A stretch of DNA of 62,821 bases, counting the filler, from Globobulimina sp. (Eukaryota): assembly GCA_003354225.1 (NCBI GenBank). It is 20 parts of 20 records of this genome, joined end to end, with 100 filler letters (N's around TTAATTAATTAA, not from the genome) between each part and the next. Parts side by side here need not be neighbours in the genome. Positions count along the whole stretch, not along the records: positions 34,622 to 37,666 come from PIVH01003900.1; positions 37,767 to 40,811 come from PIVH01003901.1; positions 40,912 to 43,956 come from PIVH01003902.1; positions 44,057 to 47,101 come from PIVH01003903.1; positions 47,202 to 50,245 come from PIVH01003904.1; 15 more parts are not named here. One strand, given 5' to 3'. A program made the position numbers and the translations under genes. Of the stretch, positions 36,769-47,659 are shown one piece after another. The notes beneath the pieces are model-generated. The model did no database searches. It saw only the letters and a list, made by a program, of their open reading frames with translations, and had not been told where the DNA came from. Each line of letters starts with the position of its first letter. Within the stretch, counting starts at the first letter, position 1.

Positions 36769-37666
36769 TTAGAATTTATTCAATGGAATGTCAAAAATTT
36801 CAACATTGTATTTGCTTGGATATAATTCATTTGCAGCTATTTGCAATTTTTCTTTAGTATATTTGTATATTTTCATCCTGTTTTCTTCAACATGGCCAGT
36901 CATATCACTGTATGTTTCATCTTCACCATCTTCAGATTCTTCACTATCAAAATTAATATCATTCTTTTCAAGATCCATATAACAATCATAAATATCCAAT
37001 AATACAGCACATAATACTTGCAACAAAATTGAAGGCACAATAACCATGAATGCAGAGAAATAAATGTAAGATATTAGTGGTGCAAAATTATTTGCTTCTC
37101 CATTATTGTACTTTTTGAACGCCTCATCCATAATATTTGCATAACCAAACATGAATACAGTCCAATTATTTGCAACAAGACCAACAAAACTTTGATGCAT
37201 TGCATTTCCAAACGAATCAAAATTAAATGTTTGATAATCTGAATCTAGCACCAAATCGTTACCATAAACATAATATTTATTATCAAATGTCATAGCTGTA
37301 TCGCGTGATCGTACGCCGGTATAATCAAATAAATTGCCAAAAAGATCCATGCCGATCATTGAAAAAGCGTACATCACAAATATCATATTTATCAACACTC
37401 CGTATGACGATTTCAAGGAATACATTAATGCATTCACTATGGTGTAAAGTCTTTCTGAGCAATGTTTTACAATAAATGTTGAGACAACAAAGAGTCTCAA
37501 TAATTCCACTGAATCATTAAGTCTGTGAAGCAGTGATCCACTAAATATATTCACGAGAAGCACTGTGATTGTAATGATGCCATTCAACACATGTCTGGAA
37601 TGTATATATTTTCTCCAATGAGTTCCAAATAAACGTATTAATATCTCCATTATCCATATGTAATCT
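36769..37666 (-). CDS. Two-pore/voltage-gated channel, C-terminal ion-transport domain (5' partial)
   Basis: YAFSMIGMDLFG, NFDSFGNA...LVANNW pore segment and S6 helix. Confidence 0.75.
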
Positions 37667-37766
37667 NNNNNNNNNNNNNNNNNNNNNNNNNNNNNNNNNN
37701 NNNNNNNNNNTTAATTAATTAANNNNNNNNNNNNNNNNNNNNNNNNNNNNNNNNNNNNNNNNNNNN

Positions 37767-38396
37767 ATGTTTATGATCGAATTTGTAAGGCAGCAAACCA
37801 ATTACTTGAAATTGCTGATGACCATGACACCGAAGAGAAGGAGAGCGAAATGAAGCAAATCATTGAATTAATGATTGATAACAATAAGAAAGTAACCAGT
37901 CCTCAACATTTAATACAATCTAAAACACAGTTATGTGACTTATGTGGACTCATGTTTTACACCGCAACATTAAATGCCGTATACAGCACTGAGTACAAAA
38001 TATTAAGCTCGACAACTCCGTCAATTGCATCCCCATCATCTAGTTATATGCAAGCAAGTGTTGATTATGTTGCATTGGACAATGGTGACGAAAAAGAGAA
38101 GAAACCAATGGGGCATGTGATTATTATGTGTATATTGCATTAATTAAACTCATCAGATTTGTTTTGTTTCGTTAAGGTATAAAAGAGTGAAAAGACGATC
38201 TTTGAAAATCAAAAAAGGAACGACGAAAATCTTTGGTACAAAGAATGTGAAAAAACGAAGTAAATCGATTCATATCGAAGAAAAAAATGCGAAATTACTA
38301 AATTGGCCATGGTGGGGAGATTATGTTCATAAAGAAAAGGTGTGGGGAGATAATATTTTGGATGAATCAACTGAACATAAATTGTTACATAACTAA
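37767..38396 (+). CDS. 3' end of a hypothetical spliced gene
   Basis: Two short ORFs with coding-like composition; no recognisable motif. Confidence 0.35.
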
Positions 38397-38512
38397 ATAC
38401 TGTATATTTTCTTTGACCAATATTGTTGTATATACGACGTGTTTAGAATATTGCCTTTTTGGAAATTTTTGATATTAATGTATAAGAACGTAAAAACTTT
38501 TACTAAAATTCA

Positions 38513-39919
38513 ATGTCTACCGTTAATTACATCTTTAAAAGGAGATTAAGATGCATAGCAATTATAGTTATAACAGTCATATCATTAACAATACTCATGT
38601 TATTTTGGGAAAACGTCAAATTAATGAAAAATACCACATCAAAAATAGATGATGAAGAAGCACGATTATTACTCTTACAATCCGAAATCCGCGGTCAACC
38701 CATACGTATACCCAATAAAATCCAAACACATCTACTAAACACAAACACCAATTTGGACCTGGCACCATTACCAGCATTGCAACACAATTTTTACAACACA
38801 CAGCCAATATACAATAACCCATTAAACCATCCACAATGTCAAAATGCATTAATACACAAAGAAAACATCAATAAACCGCAACTGTTACAACTTCACAGCT
38901 CCAGAGCTAACCTAAAATGCACAAATAAAAATGTGCCATATATATGGTCTCGAGAGTTCATTTCTGCCCTAAGCTCTGACACTTGTTTCCAGCCCAAAGC
39001 GCCGGTACGAACCATCAAACATTTCTTCTCAAACAAACATTTTGACAAAATCGACAATCACATTCCAGTATTTTATCATATTCCAAAATGTGGCAGCTCT
39101 TCAACAGCAGCAATGACCTCCGACTTATTTAACTTCAGCATCCATTGGAAGCGTGGCCCGGAACAAATGCATGAAACCATACATACAAAATGCGGTTTTG
39201 CCTTCATCCGGGACCCAATGCACCGATTTATCAGCGCCTATTACACCATCAATAAGAAAATATACAGGGAAATGAAGCATGAATTCTTCACAGCAAATGC
39301 TTCCATCCCGGCACGATTTGTCAACCAATTAAGTTTTTTGACAGTAATGGGCGAACCGCAGCGGTTCGAAGCATTTATGGATGACTTATTCCGGCAGCCT
39401 CATTGGTGGGGCATTCAAGACCCATTGAAACATATTGCATCGCAGACATATTTTTTGAGCAATTGGTATGGTTCGGATATAAATTTTTTTGGCCGAGTGG
39501 AACATTATGGTACTCATTGGAAGCTGTTGATGAATGAGAAAGGTTGTGGATGGTTTCATGAATTGTATAGGAATAATCCCGATGTGGACTTGGAAAGTTA
39601 TCAAGTTTCACATGCATTGTTTCATTATGGTACTATGGGCATATCGCTATACAGAGCGAGGAATACGCGTCAAAAAGAATATATCGATGCGTTGGGAATG
39701 AGGGATATGTTGGAAAAAATGTATGGTGTCGATCAGAGGAAATACAATATGTCGGAGGATGATGTATTGCCGCCGGCGTATTATTTCATGACAGAGACAA
39801 TGTATAATAACATTGTTGAATTTTATTACCAAGATTTTGTTTGTTTTGGATATAAAGCAGACTTCAATGAGTTTAAGAAATACGTGCAAACAAAAAAGAA
39901 CCCATTTGCAAGCATTTGA
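38513..39919 (+). CDS. Golgi type II carbohydrate sulfotransferase (Sulfotransfer_2-like)
   Basis: N-terminal TM; PAPS-binding motifs FYHIPKCGSSS and FIRDP..RFISAY; FY..DF..FGY. Confidence 0.85.
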   Translation: MSTVNYIFKRRLRCIAIIVITVISLTILMLFWENVKLMKNTTSKIDDEEARLLLLQSEIRGQPIRIPNKIQTHLLNTNTNLDLAPLPALQHNFYNTQPIYNNPLNHPQCQNALIHKENINKPQLLQLHSSRANLKCTNKNVPYIWSREFISALSSDTCFQPKAPVRTIKHFFSNKHFDKIDNHIPVFYHIPKCGSSSTAAMTSDLFNFSIHWKRGPEQMHETIHTKCGFAFIRDPMHRFISAYYTINKKIYREMKHEFFTANASIPARFVNQLSFLTVMGEPQRFEAFMDDLFRQPHWWGIQDPLKHIASQTYFLSNWYGSDINFFGRVEHYGTHWKLLMNEKGCGWFHELYRNNPDVDLESYQVSHALFHYGTMGISLYRARNTRQKEYIDALGMRDMLEKMYGVDQRKYNMSEDDVLPPAYYFMTETMYNNIVEFYYQDFVCFGYKADFNEFKKYVQTKKNPFASI

Positions 39920-39968
39920 AAATATTTTTAATTGCGTTTGAAAACTTTTTTAATTTGTACTTTAAATG

Positions 39969-40811
39969 TTAATCATTTTGACATTTGCAATCGTCACAAC
40001 TTTGTTTTTCCTTTCCCAATAAATACGGATTATCTTTTGGTAATATTTTGCCACACTGTTTTTTATCGATTTCAATCTCCAACCTAGCTTTCTCTTTTTT
40101 TGCTTGTAAAATTACCTTTTTTCCCTCCCTATTTTTGCCTCTCTCTTTAACAAATCGCGTCTCCATTGGATTAAATCCTTGTTCCTGTGCGCCAATAACG
40201 GCCCATGCCGGTGTTACTGCCATGTAATCCATATAACTGAATGGCTTCCCACTCTCTAACAATTCAAAAAATCGATCATAATCAATATGAGTGTGCCATA
40301 CTCCATTAACCTTCAACTCCTTCCTCGCAATCAGCACACAGCAAGAATGTGCATGTTCGCATGCAATCTCATAATCACTGGCCAGATATTCGCACAATTT
40401 CTCACAAAAACGCACCACTTCAAAATGAAAAGGTACATTTTTCATAGTTAAATTTGACCCATCCGATTTCCCACAAAAAGTGACTCCTTTAACCTCCACA
40501 AACGTAGGCAAACCGCGCGCGACCAACCGCGCATAATCAGCCACTTCAGACACATTCCAAGCTTTCACCAATGTCAATCTGTAAACGGTTCGTTGCTTTT
40601 TCCGCTTCAAATAGTCCAAAGATAACAACATTCGTCGCCAAAAATCTGTAAACAACGGACGGTCAACTTTTTTCAACGCGTCCTTTGTTGCAGCATCCAC
40701 TGAAACATATAGCTGTGTCACACAGTGTAAATTGAGTATCTTCTCTGGAAACTGTGCATTTGTCACCAAGAAAGATGATATTCTTTTTAAATGGAGTTGG
40801 TTAAGTAGCTG
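39969..40811 (-). CDS. TYW1: tRNA wybutosine radical SAM enzyme, C-terminal part
   Basis: FLVTNAQFP, QLYVSVDA, RTVYRLTLVK, EVKGVTFCG and EHAHSCC motifs. Confidence 0.93.
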   Translation of the reverse strand, partial: QLLNQLHLKRISSFLVTNAQFPEKILNLHCVTQLYVSVDAATKDALKKVDRPLFTDFWRRMLLSLDYLKRKKQRTVYRLTLVKAWNVSEVADYARLVARGLPTFVEVKGVTFCGKSDGSNLTMKNVPFHFEVVRFCEKLCEYLASDYEIACEHAHSCCVLIARKELKVNGVWHTHIDYDRFFELLESGKPFSYMDYMAVTPAWAVIGAQEQGFNPMETRFVKERGKNREGKKVILQAKKEKARLEIEIDKKQCGKILPKDNPYLLGKEKQSCDDCKCQND

Positions 40812-40921
40812 NNNNNNNNNNNNNNNNNNNNNNNNNNNNNNNNNNNNNNNNNNNNTTAATTAATTAANNNNNNNNNNNNNNNNNNNNNNNNNNNNNNNNN
40901 NNNNNNNNNNNTTATTATTGA

Positions 40922-41003
40922 TCTGACAGTTAACAGTCAGATATTACTCACTATCCTTGCACAATGCAACGTTAATGGCATAAACGCATAAAAAACAAAA
41001 ATA
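40922..41003 (+). repeat. Second copy of the dispersed repeat seen at 21720-21818 (reverse orientation)
   Basis: TCTGACAGTTAACAGTCAGATATTACTCACTATCCTTGCACA identical, followed by a diverged ACGTTAAT.GCATAAACG block. Confidence 0.85.
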
Positions 41004-41342
41004 AACATTGCCGAGGTGTTCGATAAAATCATGAAAAAAAGCAAAAACTTTTCAAACAGCGGGAAATTTGCAGTACATATCGGAAAGCCCTAATGTGTCC
41101 CCACTACTACATTATCACCGAATGATATTTATCAACCAATTGGGATCATACATTGCAATCAGCGATTACAGATGTTTTGCTGACTCAATTAATTAATCTG
41201 TTGTGTGCAATTTAATCGGCCGGAATGTGAAATATTTGTACATGAAAAAGTTGAGAATAAGTGATTTAATTAAGCACTTATTGTTAGTATTTCGTATACA
41301 AATTATGAACAAATCCATTGTGCAAATGTGCAATATACACAT

Positions 41343-41615
41343 TTATAAATATTGCAAAAACTCTGCAACTTCTGCAGCTTTGTGTGCCTCTTCATATCCA
41401 TACTCCAAATCATCAGCAAATTCTCTCATTCTTCTAGCTTGTCTTGTACGTCCATCAATACCCAAAGGACCAGATCTATACGATGAGCAAGCGATAATTG
41501 AACCGCAAAATGCAATCCCTATTCCAACGATCCACCATGCAATATAATTGATGACATAATCTGTCACTATCTTTTCAAATGTAGATTCTGCACTGTCTGT
41601 CATTGATAAAAACAA
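41343..41615 (-). CDS. Small single-TM hypothetical protein
   Basis: One hydrophobic stretch followed by a charged tail. Confidence 0.45.
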   Translation of the reverse strand: MFLSMTDSAESTFEKIVTDYVINYIAWWIVGIGIAFCGSIIACSSYRSGPLGIDGRTRQARRMREFADDLEYGYEEAHKAAEVAEFLQYL

Positions 41616-42108
41616 TAGTAGATTTTTGATGACTGGTAAAAATAAAGCTTTTGAAAATTTTAGATAAAACTTTTCCTCACTTGTCTGGTACTGGTAGTAA
41701 CCTTGTAGATCTTTTCCTCACAAAACTTTTCCTCACTTCCATAAACGTCGTACACCAATCGTGATTTCTTATTGTATATCGTGATTTTGACCCTACAATT
41801 GATATTATGTGATCTAGAAAATATTTCTGAACATTTGTCGTTTGTGAGGTGATAACAGTGATTTTAAGATTTTAATGAAGTAACCTAGTCATCACATACT
41901 TTAGATTATGGGGAATGTTTAAATAAAGATCCATCGCAGTATGGGAACTTCTCCCATTCAATTGATTCAAATATGTGTTGATCGCTGTACATTAGACAAT
42001 TAAAATGCATTTTTTTCGTTTTTCATTATCTGTTATTGCATCGGATATTCACAATGCAAGCAATAAAATTAAAAAAATAGCACATATATACAAATCAACA
42101 ATGATCGT

Positions 42109-43774
42109 TTATGATTTTACATAGTCATTTTTCCAAACATAGTCAGTCATATCTTGCTCATTTTTCCATGATTCGATTTCCTCGCTCCCTCTACGCTGCC
42201 AATATCTCTCTTCCATTTTCCAAAACTTACCATCGCGCATAAAAAATGAAGTGACCCCAATTGCAATATATATGACAGAAAACAAGATCCAGACTGAAAA
42301 CAATATCAATCCAATTTCTTTATCCAATGGCTGATTATCATCGTTTGTATCTGGTGACAACGAAGGATAAACAGTTCCAAATATCAAACCAATAATCACC
42401 AACTGTGCCAATATAATGTAATAATCAATGAATACCATCTCGCAGGTATTGGGTAACTCGTTTCCAATGATTGACTGAAACGCAGTAAAAGTCAACAACA
42501 CAGTCACCGACACTTCCAATCTATTCCCATTGTCTGCAAAAGGAATGCCATACACACTAAAACCACTCAATACAATTAAAAACACCGGCAGCAGCACATA
42601 AGTTATATAGTAAACTGGATTTCGCGTAAATCGCAAGCGTATTAAAGCAAATCGCAAACCTGAATCTACGCGTTCCTGCAACGAGTTAAATCCATCCAGA
42701 CCAACCCAGGGACTATGCAATAAAATGTCACGATGTAACTCCTCCACAAGTGCGATTTTCAACGGTGCCTCGCTGAAAGATTTATAGCGTTCAATATCTC
42801 TCTGTACGTCGCCAAACCAACCATCAGTAATTGGGATTTCTTTTTGCTGCTCGTCCTCCCAACTCAACAGTTTATAATATTTGCTGTTCCATCTATATAT
42901 TATATATTATATATTATATATATATATATATTTATGCTGCGTGTGATTACATTTAATGCTCCTTAAATACCTTAATTTTATGTTAAGGAATTGTTTATCA
43001 AATGGCCAATAAAACAGTTCGTAATGTTCAGACAATGCAGCAACGATATGATACTCTGTCCGCATAACATTTGTTTTTGGATTAAATTCTATGTACGGCG
43101 CATCGATATATTCTATGGATCGAATGGAATTTTGAGAGAAAATCTTGCGAGCATCAATGGGCAGATAGTACGAGATCTTATCAGCTTTTCGCAAATCAAT
43201 GATTCTCATTTTAGGCTCGGAATCGTAATACCAAATATTTGGATCATTGGTGGAATGAAAATATTGCTTCATGGTCTCATAAAGTGCGGTGTCGTCGGGT
43301 TCTTTCCATATTACATTGATCCAGCCAGCAATTGAGAATTGTTGTTCTTTTGTAGAAATGCCATCGAGTCGCAAATCCAATGATAAATGTGCTTTTATGT
43401 TATTTTCCTCCCTTCGTTTGCATGTTCTTAGTTTGCTGATAAACTGCGAAGTTGATTGGAGTTTATTCATGCAATGCGATATAAATTCTTTTTTTTCAGT
43501 ATCATTAGTGATTGAAAATAATTTCTCTGCAATCAATTTTATATCGATTATATTGGATATTAGATAGTTCTTTGCCAGCCTGTCTTTGGCTATACTCTGA
43601 ACTGTGCATAACACAAACATATGTTTACATTGATCGATATAAATTAAATGTATACACACAAATTGGATCATATTGGTCTAGACTTTCTATTTTCTCCTCT
43701 ATTTGTTCATCGTCTTGGGATAAATTGATTAAATTCAACAGCTGAAGCTGATACTCTTGCATATTTGTTGACAT
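42109..43774 (-). CDS. Cys-less pentameric ligand-gated ion channel, 3 exons
   Basis: Pro-loop LFYWPFDKQFL, R.P.YY...LP (M1), RL...VT.LLT (M2), LP.....ID.Y (M3) and M4; intron 42970-42893 in frame plus a 5' intron near 43660-43602. Confidence 0.85.
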
Positions 43775-43844
43775 TTTGTTTTAAGTAACCTAAAAAAAAA
43801 GCGTGAAAGCGGATCATCTAAGACTCCAAGGAAACGAGCGCAAG

Positions 43845-43956
43845 ATGACGTTTGCGAAGGTAATTGCACTTTTAGGTGCAACGGGATTTCTCGCTTACAT
43901 TTTATATAATGACTGGAGACGTCAAAGTACTCGGCAAAGAGTTATAGAAGGTGGAA
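43845..43956 (+). CDS. 5' end of a small signal-anchored protein
   Basis: MTFAKVIALLGATGFLAYILY..., open to the contig end. Confidence 0.5.
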
Positions 43957-44056
43957 NNNNNNNNNNNNNNNNNNNNNNNNNNNNNNNNNNNNNNNNNNNN
44001 TTAATTAATTAANNNNNNNNNNNNNNNNNNNNNNNNNNNNNNNNNNNNNNNNNNNN

Positions 44057-44384
44057 TTTGTTGATCTTTGATATAGAAAGTGATTCTATCAGCAAACTGG
44101 ACAACTTTTTGAGTGATTTCAATGTCCCGTTTGACACAAAAAATGTTAGAATTGGAAGTTTTGAAGGAAAAGGCTCATACAAATTTATCAATACAACAAA
44201 CAATTTGAAGCAATTGCAACGATACAAAAAATGGATAGAATTACAAAGCAATTATTTGTTGAATAAGACCGAACAAAAAAAGAATGAATATGAAAACATT
44301 AAATCTTTGTGCAACAAAAATGTGAGTATATTGTATGAGAAGTTTGTAAAGAAACGTTCAACACCAAAAGCATCTCTATCTTGA
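44057..44384 (+). CDS. 3' end of a hypothetical protein
   Basis: Open frame from the contig edge, 108 aa. Confidence 0.4.
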
Positions 44385-44575
44385 TTATTTGCAAAATGAA
44401 ACCAAGAGATGATGATGGCGTGTAAATGTGTCTGGTTTTCAATGCAACTAATTCGAAAAAATTAAACTATACTAAAAACGGACGAAAAAAATAAATAAGA
44501 AAACTAAAAAAAATAATACGAAAAACACACAGAAATTAACGAAAAAAAAACATAAAAATAAAAAAGCAAATAAGT

Positions 44576-46171
44576 CTACGGTGGTGCATATGTACTGCAC
44601 GGCTCACCAACATCAGTAACATCCTCTTTAACCAAACAGCCATCACAGGTCTGCGCAAAACATAAAAGCTCCACAATCTCCACATCCGGACCAGTAATAA
44701 TAGTCATCTGCGAACACGCATTCATCGCCACACACTCAATCTTCTCAACTTGCAACGTATTCCCCTCCTGATTATTATTAATAACAACAGTAGCAAGCGC
44801 CCCGGAAGACTCCCCGCTAAATTTAAAGCCATCAATCCACTCCGTATGTTCCCGGAACGCATTGCCAGTCACTTGATCCATCCAAGGCCGCGTATCAAAA
44901 TTCAACGTAAATTGCGCCGACTGACAGGAACCCAACGCGCCACATTCTAATCCAAAGCCCAAAGCCGGATTTGTAAGGGCTTTCCTTATACCTCGACATG
45001 AGTCCGGATCCTGACACAACAACGCTTGTAAACCCTGATAACATGTACCCAAACCGTACGCAGTATGCCCAGAGGGCCCTAAATCACAGTCCACAGTCTC
45101 CACATCACCGATAAAATTGAAATGCGCGCTCGTGCAGCTATCGATCTCCGTGCATACTAATTTCTCGATCAATACCTTGTTACAGCCGTTATTCCTGATG
45201 GTTAATTGCATATTTTTGCACGAAGCCTGTCCCGCACAGTCAATGGTGTTGATGTAAAATGGTTGGTAGCCGCAGGTGGTGCCAGCGGGAGGCGGCGGGA
45301 TAATAATTTCAACATGTAATCCTTCGCAGGAATTGGCGCCATCGCAGAAAAATTTAAAGTCAGTTTGTGGATTCGTGATGGTGACCATACCGTTTTTCAT
45401 ACTCATATCACCGCCGGCCACTACTTGGTAAACATTGGTGGCGGTTATCACCGAATTTTGACAGGATTCAGCACCGTCGCAGATAATAGAGGCTGCACCG
45501 CCGTTGGTTGCGGAGCGACCGTTAATTTGGATGACTTGCACACCGGTTACAGCAGAGGGACCAGCTTGAAATAATATACACTCGTTACAGACGATTGCGT
45601 TGCATAAACAACAACTAAAATCTGCCTCGCAATTCATAAAACCATCGGTGGCGAAGGCAGAGCTTTGCGGTGTGGCACATACTGCATCGGAGGTGATGCC
45701 GCATAATTGGTTGTAAGCGCCATAGGTCATCCCTGGTGGGGGTGGTATTTGCGGTGGTTGGTTTACAATGGGTGGTATGATTACAATTGGTGGCTGGGTT
45801 GCAATTGGAATGGTGACAATTGGCGGTGGAATTAGTGGTGGGATGACTACAATTGGTGGAACAGGCACGGTTGGAATGGGTACGATTGGTGGAATGGATA
45901 CAATTGGCGGTTGGGTGGCAATTGGTACCGGTGGTATGATGGTTTGTGTTACTAATGGTACTGCTGGGATACCAATCCCTGGTATGGTTGGTGGGGTATA
46001 GGCACCAAATGTTATAGAACCTGTACAACCTGGACAACCAACTGGAACTTGCGGTGCAATCGGAGGATTTACCGGTACTACAGGAATATATTGCGGTTCT
46101 ACAGGTATCGGTATATATTGTTGTCCAAATGCTAATATACACATTGCCGCTAATAGCATGATTTTAATCAT
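44576..46171 (-). CDS. Secreted protein with Pro/Ile/Val-rich region and Cys-rich C-x4-(S/A)C repeats
   Basis: Signal peptide MIKIMLLAAMCILAFG; PIATQPPIV repeats; CDGAESC, CDGANSC, CAGQASC, CTEIDSC, CQDPDSC, CGALGSC and CVAMNAC units. Confidence 0.8.
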   Translation of the reverse strand: MIKIMLLAAMCILAFGQQYIPIPVEPQYIPVVPVNPPIAPQVPVGCPGCTGSITFGAYTPPTIPGIGIPAVPLVTQTIIPPVPIATQPPIVSIPPIVPIPTVPVPPIVVIPPLIPPPIVTIPIATQPPIVIIPPIVNQPPQIPPPPGMTYGAYNQLCGITSDAVCATPQSSAFATDGFMNCEADFSCCLCNAIVCNECILFQAGPSAVTGVQVIQINGRSATNGGAASIICDGAESCQNSVITATNVYQVVAGGDMSMKNGMVTITNPQTDFKFFCDGANSCEGLHVEIIIPPPPAGTTCGYQPFYINTIDCAGQASCKNMQLTIRNNGCNKVLIEKLVCTEIDSCTSAHFNFIGDVETVDCDLGPSGHTAYGLGTCYQGLQALLCQDPDSCRGIRKALTNPALGFGLECGALGSCQSAQFTLNFDTRPWMDQVTGNAFREHTEWIDGFKFSGESSGALATVVINNNQEGNTLQVEKIECVAMNACSQMTIITGPDVEIVELLCFAQTCDGCLVKEDVTDVGEPCSTYAPP

Positions 46172-46427
46172 TGTAGATGTGGGTTTTAGTAATTTTGTAT
46201 GGAGGTTTGTGTTATATATTTTTGTATGAAGGAATCTGAAGTTAGTTTGGTGTTGGAATGGTTGAATTTTGAATAGCACTGAGCTGTTTTCTAACTTGGC
46301 CTCAAAAAAATGAAAACACCAAACACGAGCCAGAAATTTCCGTTTGGTTTAAATATTTTACGAATTATTTTTTTTTGTTTTAAATTGAATGAACTTTAGC
46401 AAACCAATCAGTAAATAAAAAGTATAC

Positions 46428-47101
46428 TTATTTATGTTGATTTCTGTGAATAGATTGATATCTCATGATCTCCTGCCGAGACAATGATGGTTTTAAGTTA
46501 ATCAGTGCTTTCTCAAAATGTGATAAGTCCAATTTAACATCAAACTCTTTAATTTTATTCCATTCCTCCTCACTCATATTTATATCATACTTATCCTGTA
46601 ACACATCACATTGTTTATTTTGCACCAGTTCCAAAAACAAATCAACCGATATATCCTTATCCAGTATCAACCCTTCAATTTGCGCAATTAATAATTTCAG
46701 CGAATACATCATTGCATCGCAACACAACGCGTACAAATCCGCGCCGGTAAACCCTTCAATCTCTTTCTTGCCCGCAATCTCTGTCAAAATGTCCATTTTC
46801 TTACATTTCTCCTCATTAAATTTAAACTTCCTCGTCAATGCCATAATAATTTTCAATTTATCCTTAACCTGATCTGGTACGCCTAAATATATCTGTTTGT
46901 CCAATCTCTTTGGTCGCAATAACGACGCGTCCAATAGGTCGGGTCTGTTGGTAGCAGCAATCAGAAATATCTCACCATTGTATTTACTCGAAACCGTATC
47001 GATTTCAGTCAATAACTGCGACACAATGCGATCCATCACATTACCGCCATCGATGCCTTTCCCTCGGGCTGGGACTAAGGCATCAATCTCATCGAAAAAT
47101 A
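46428..47101 (-). CDS. PEX6: Peroxisomal AAA ATPase, C-terminal part
   Basis: FFDEIDALVPARG...GNVMDRIVSQLLTEID, ATNRPDLLD, FTGADLYALC.DA and PSLS motifs. Confidence 0.88.
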
Positions 47102-47283
47102 NNNNNNNNNNNNNNNNNNNNNNNNNNNNNNNNNNNNNNNNNNNNTTAATTAATTAANNNNNNNNNNNNNNNNNNNNNNNNNNNNNNNNNNNNNNNNNNN
47201 NTCGAGACGCGCCTCGGCGTCGTCTGCTGCCAGCCGGGCGAAGGCGTGACAGAGGTGCTCGGAATCAACCGAGATAATTGCCC

Positions 47284-47493
47284 CTATTTCAGATGGTCGC
47301 GGATGGTGCCGTATTTAGGAGCAAGGGATGGATCGATATCGCGCATTTCCATGGACAGCGCGATAGAGCGTTGTGCCAAAACCGGGTCAAGGAATGCCTT
47401 GGCAGCGGCGAATATGTCGTTTGCGGCAGCCTGTCGTGTCGCCAAATCCCGCCCCGCACGCAGGCGAACAGAAATGTCGATATAGCCGTGTTT
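47284..47493 (-). CDS. hpcD: C-terminal half of a bacterial 5-carboxymethyl-2-hydroxymuconate isomerase (alphaproteobacterial type); not in the ORF track
   Basis: Manual translation KHGYIDISVRLRAGRDLATRQAAANDIFAAAKAFLDPVLAQRSIALSMEMRDIDPSLAPKYGTIRDHLK*; GC-rich. Confidence 0.75.
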   Translation of the reverse strand, partial: KHGYIDISVRLRAGRDLATRQAAANDIFAAAKAFLDPVLAQRSIALSMEMRDIDPSLAPKYGTIRDHLK

Positions 47494-47659
47494 TCTTTGG
47501 AGTTTGGGCTTTGAATATCACTTTTTTTGACGTAAATAATGGTTCTCATAATCATATACACCGTATGCATAAAATGTTGACAATATACACCATGATGCGC
47601 ACAAACGAAACATTTGAACTTAAAAACTTTAACCTTATAAAACATCAAACTCATCGACC

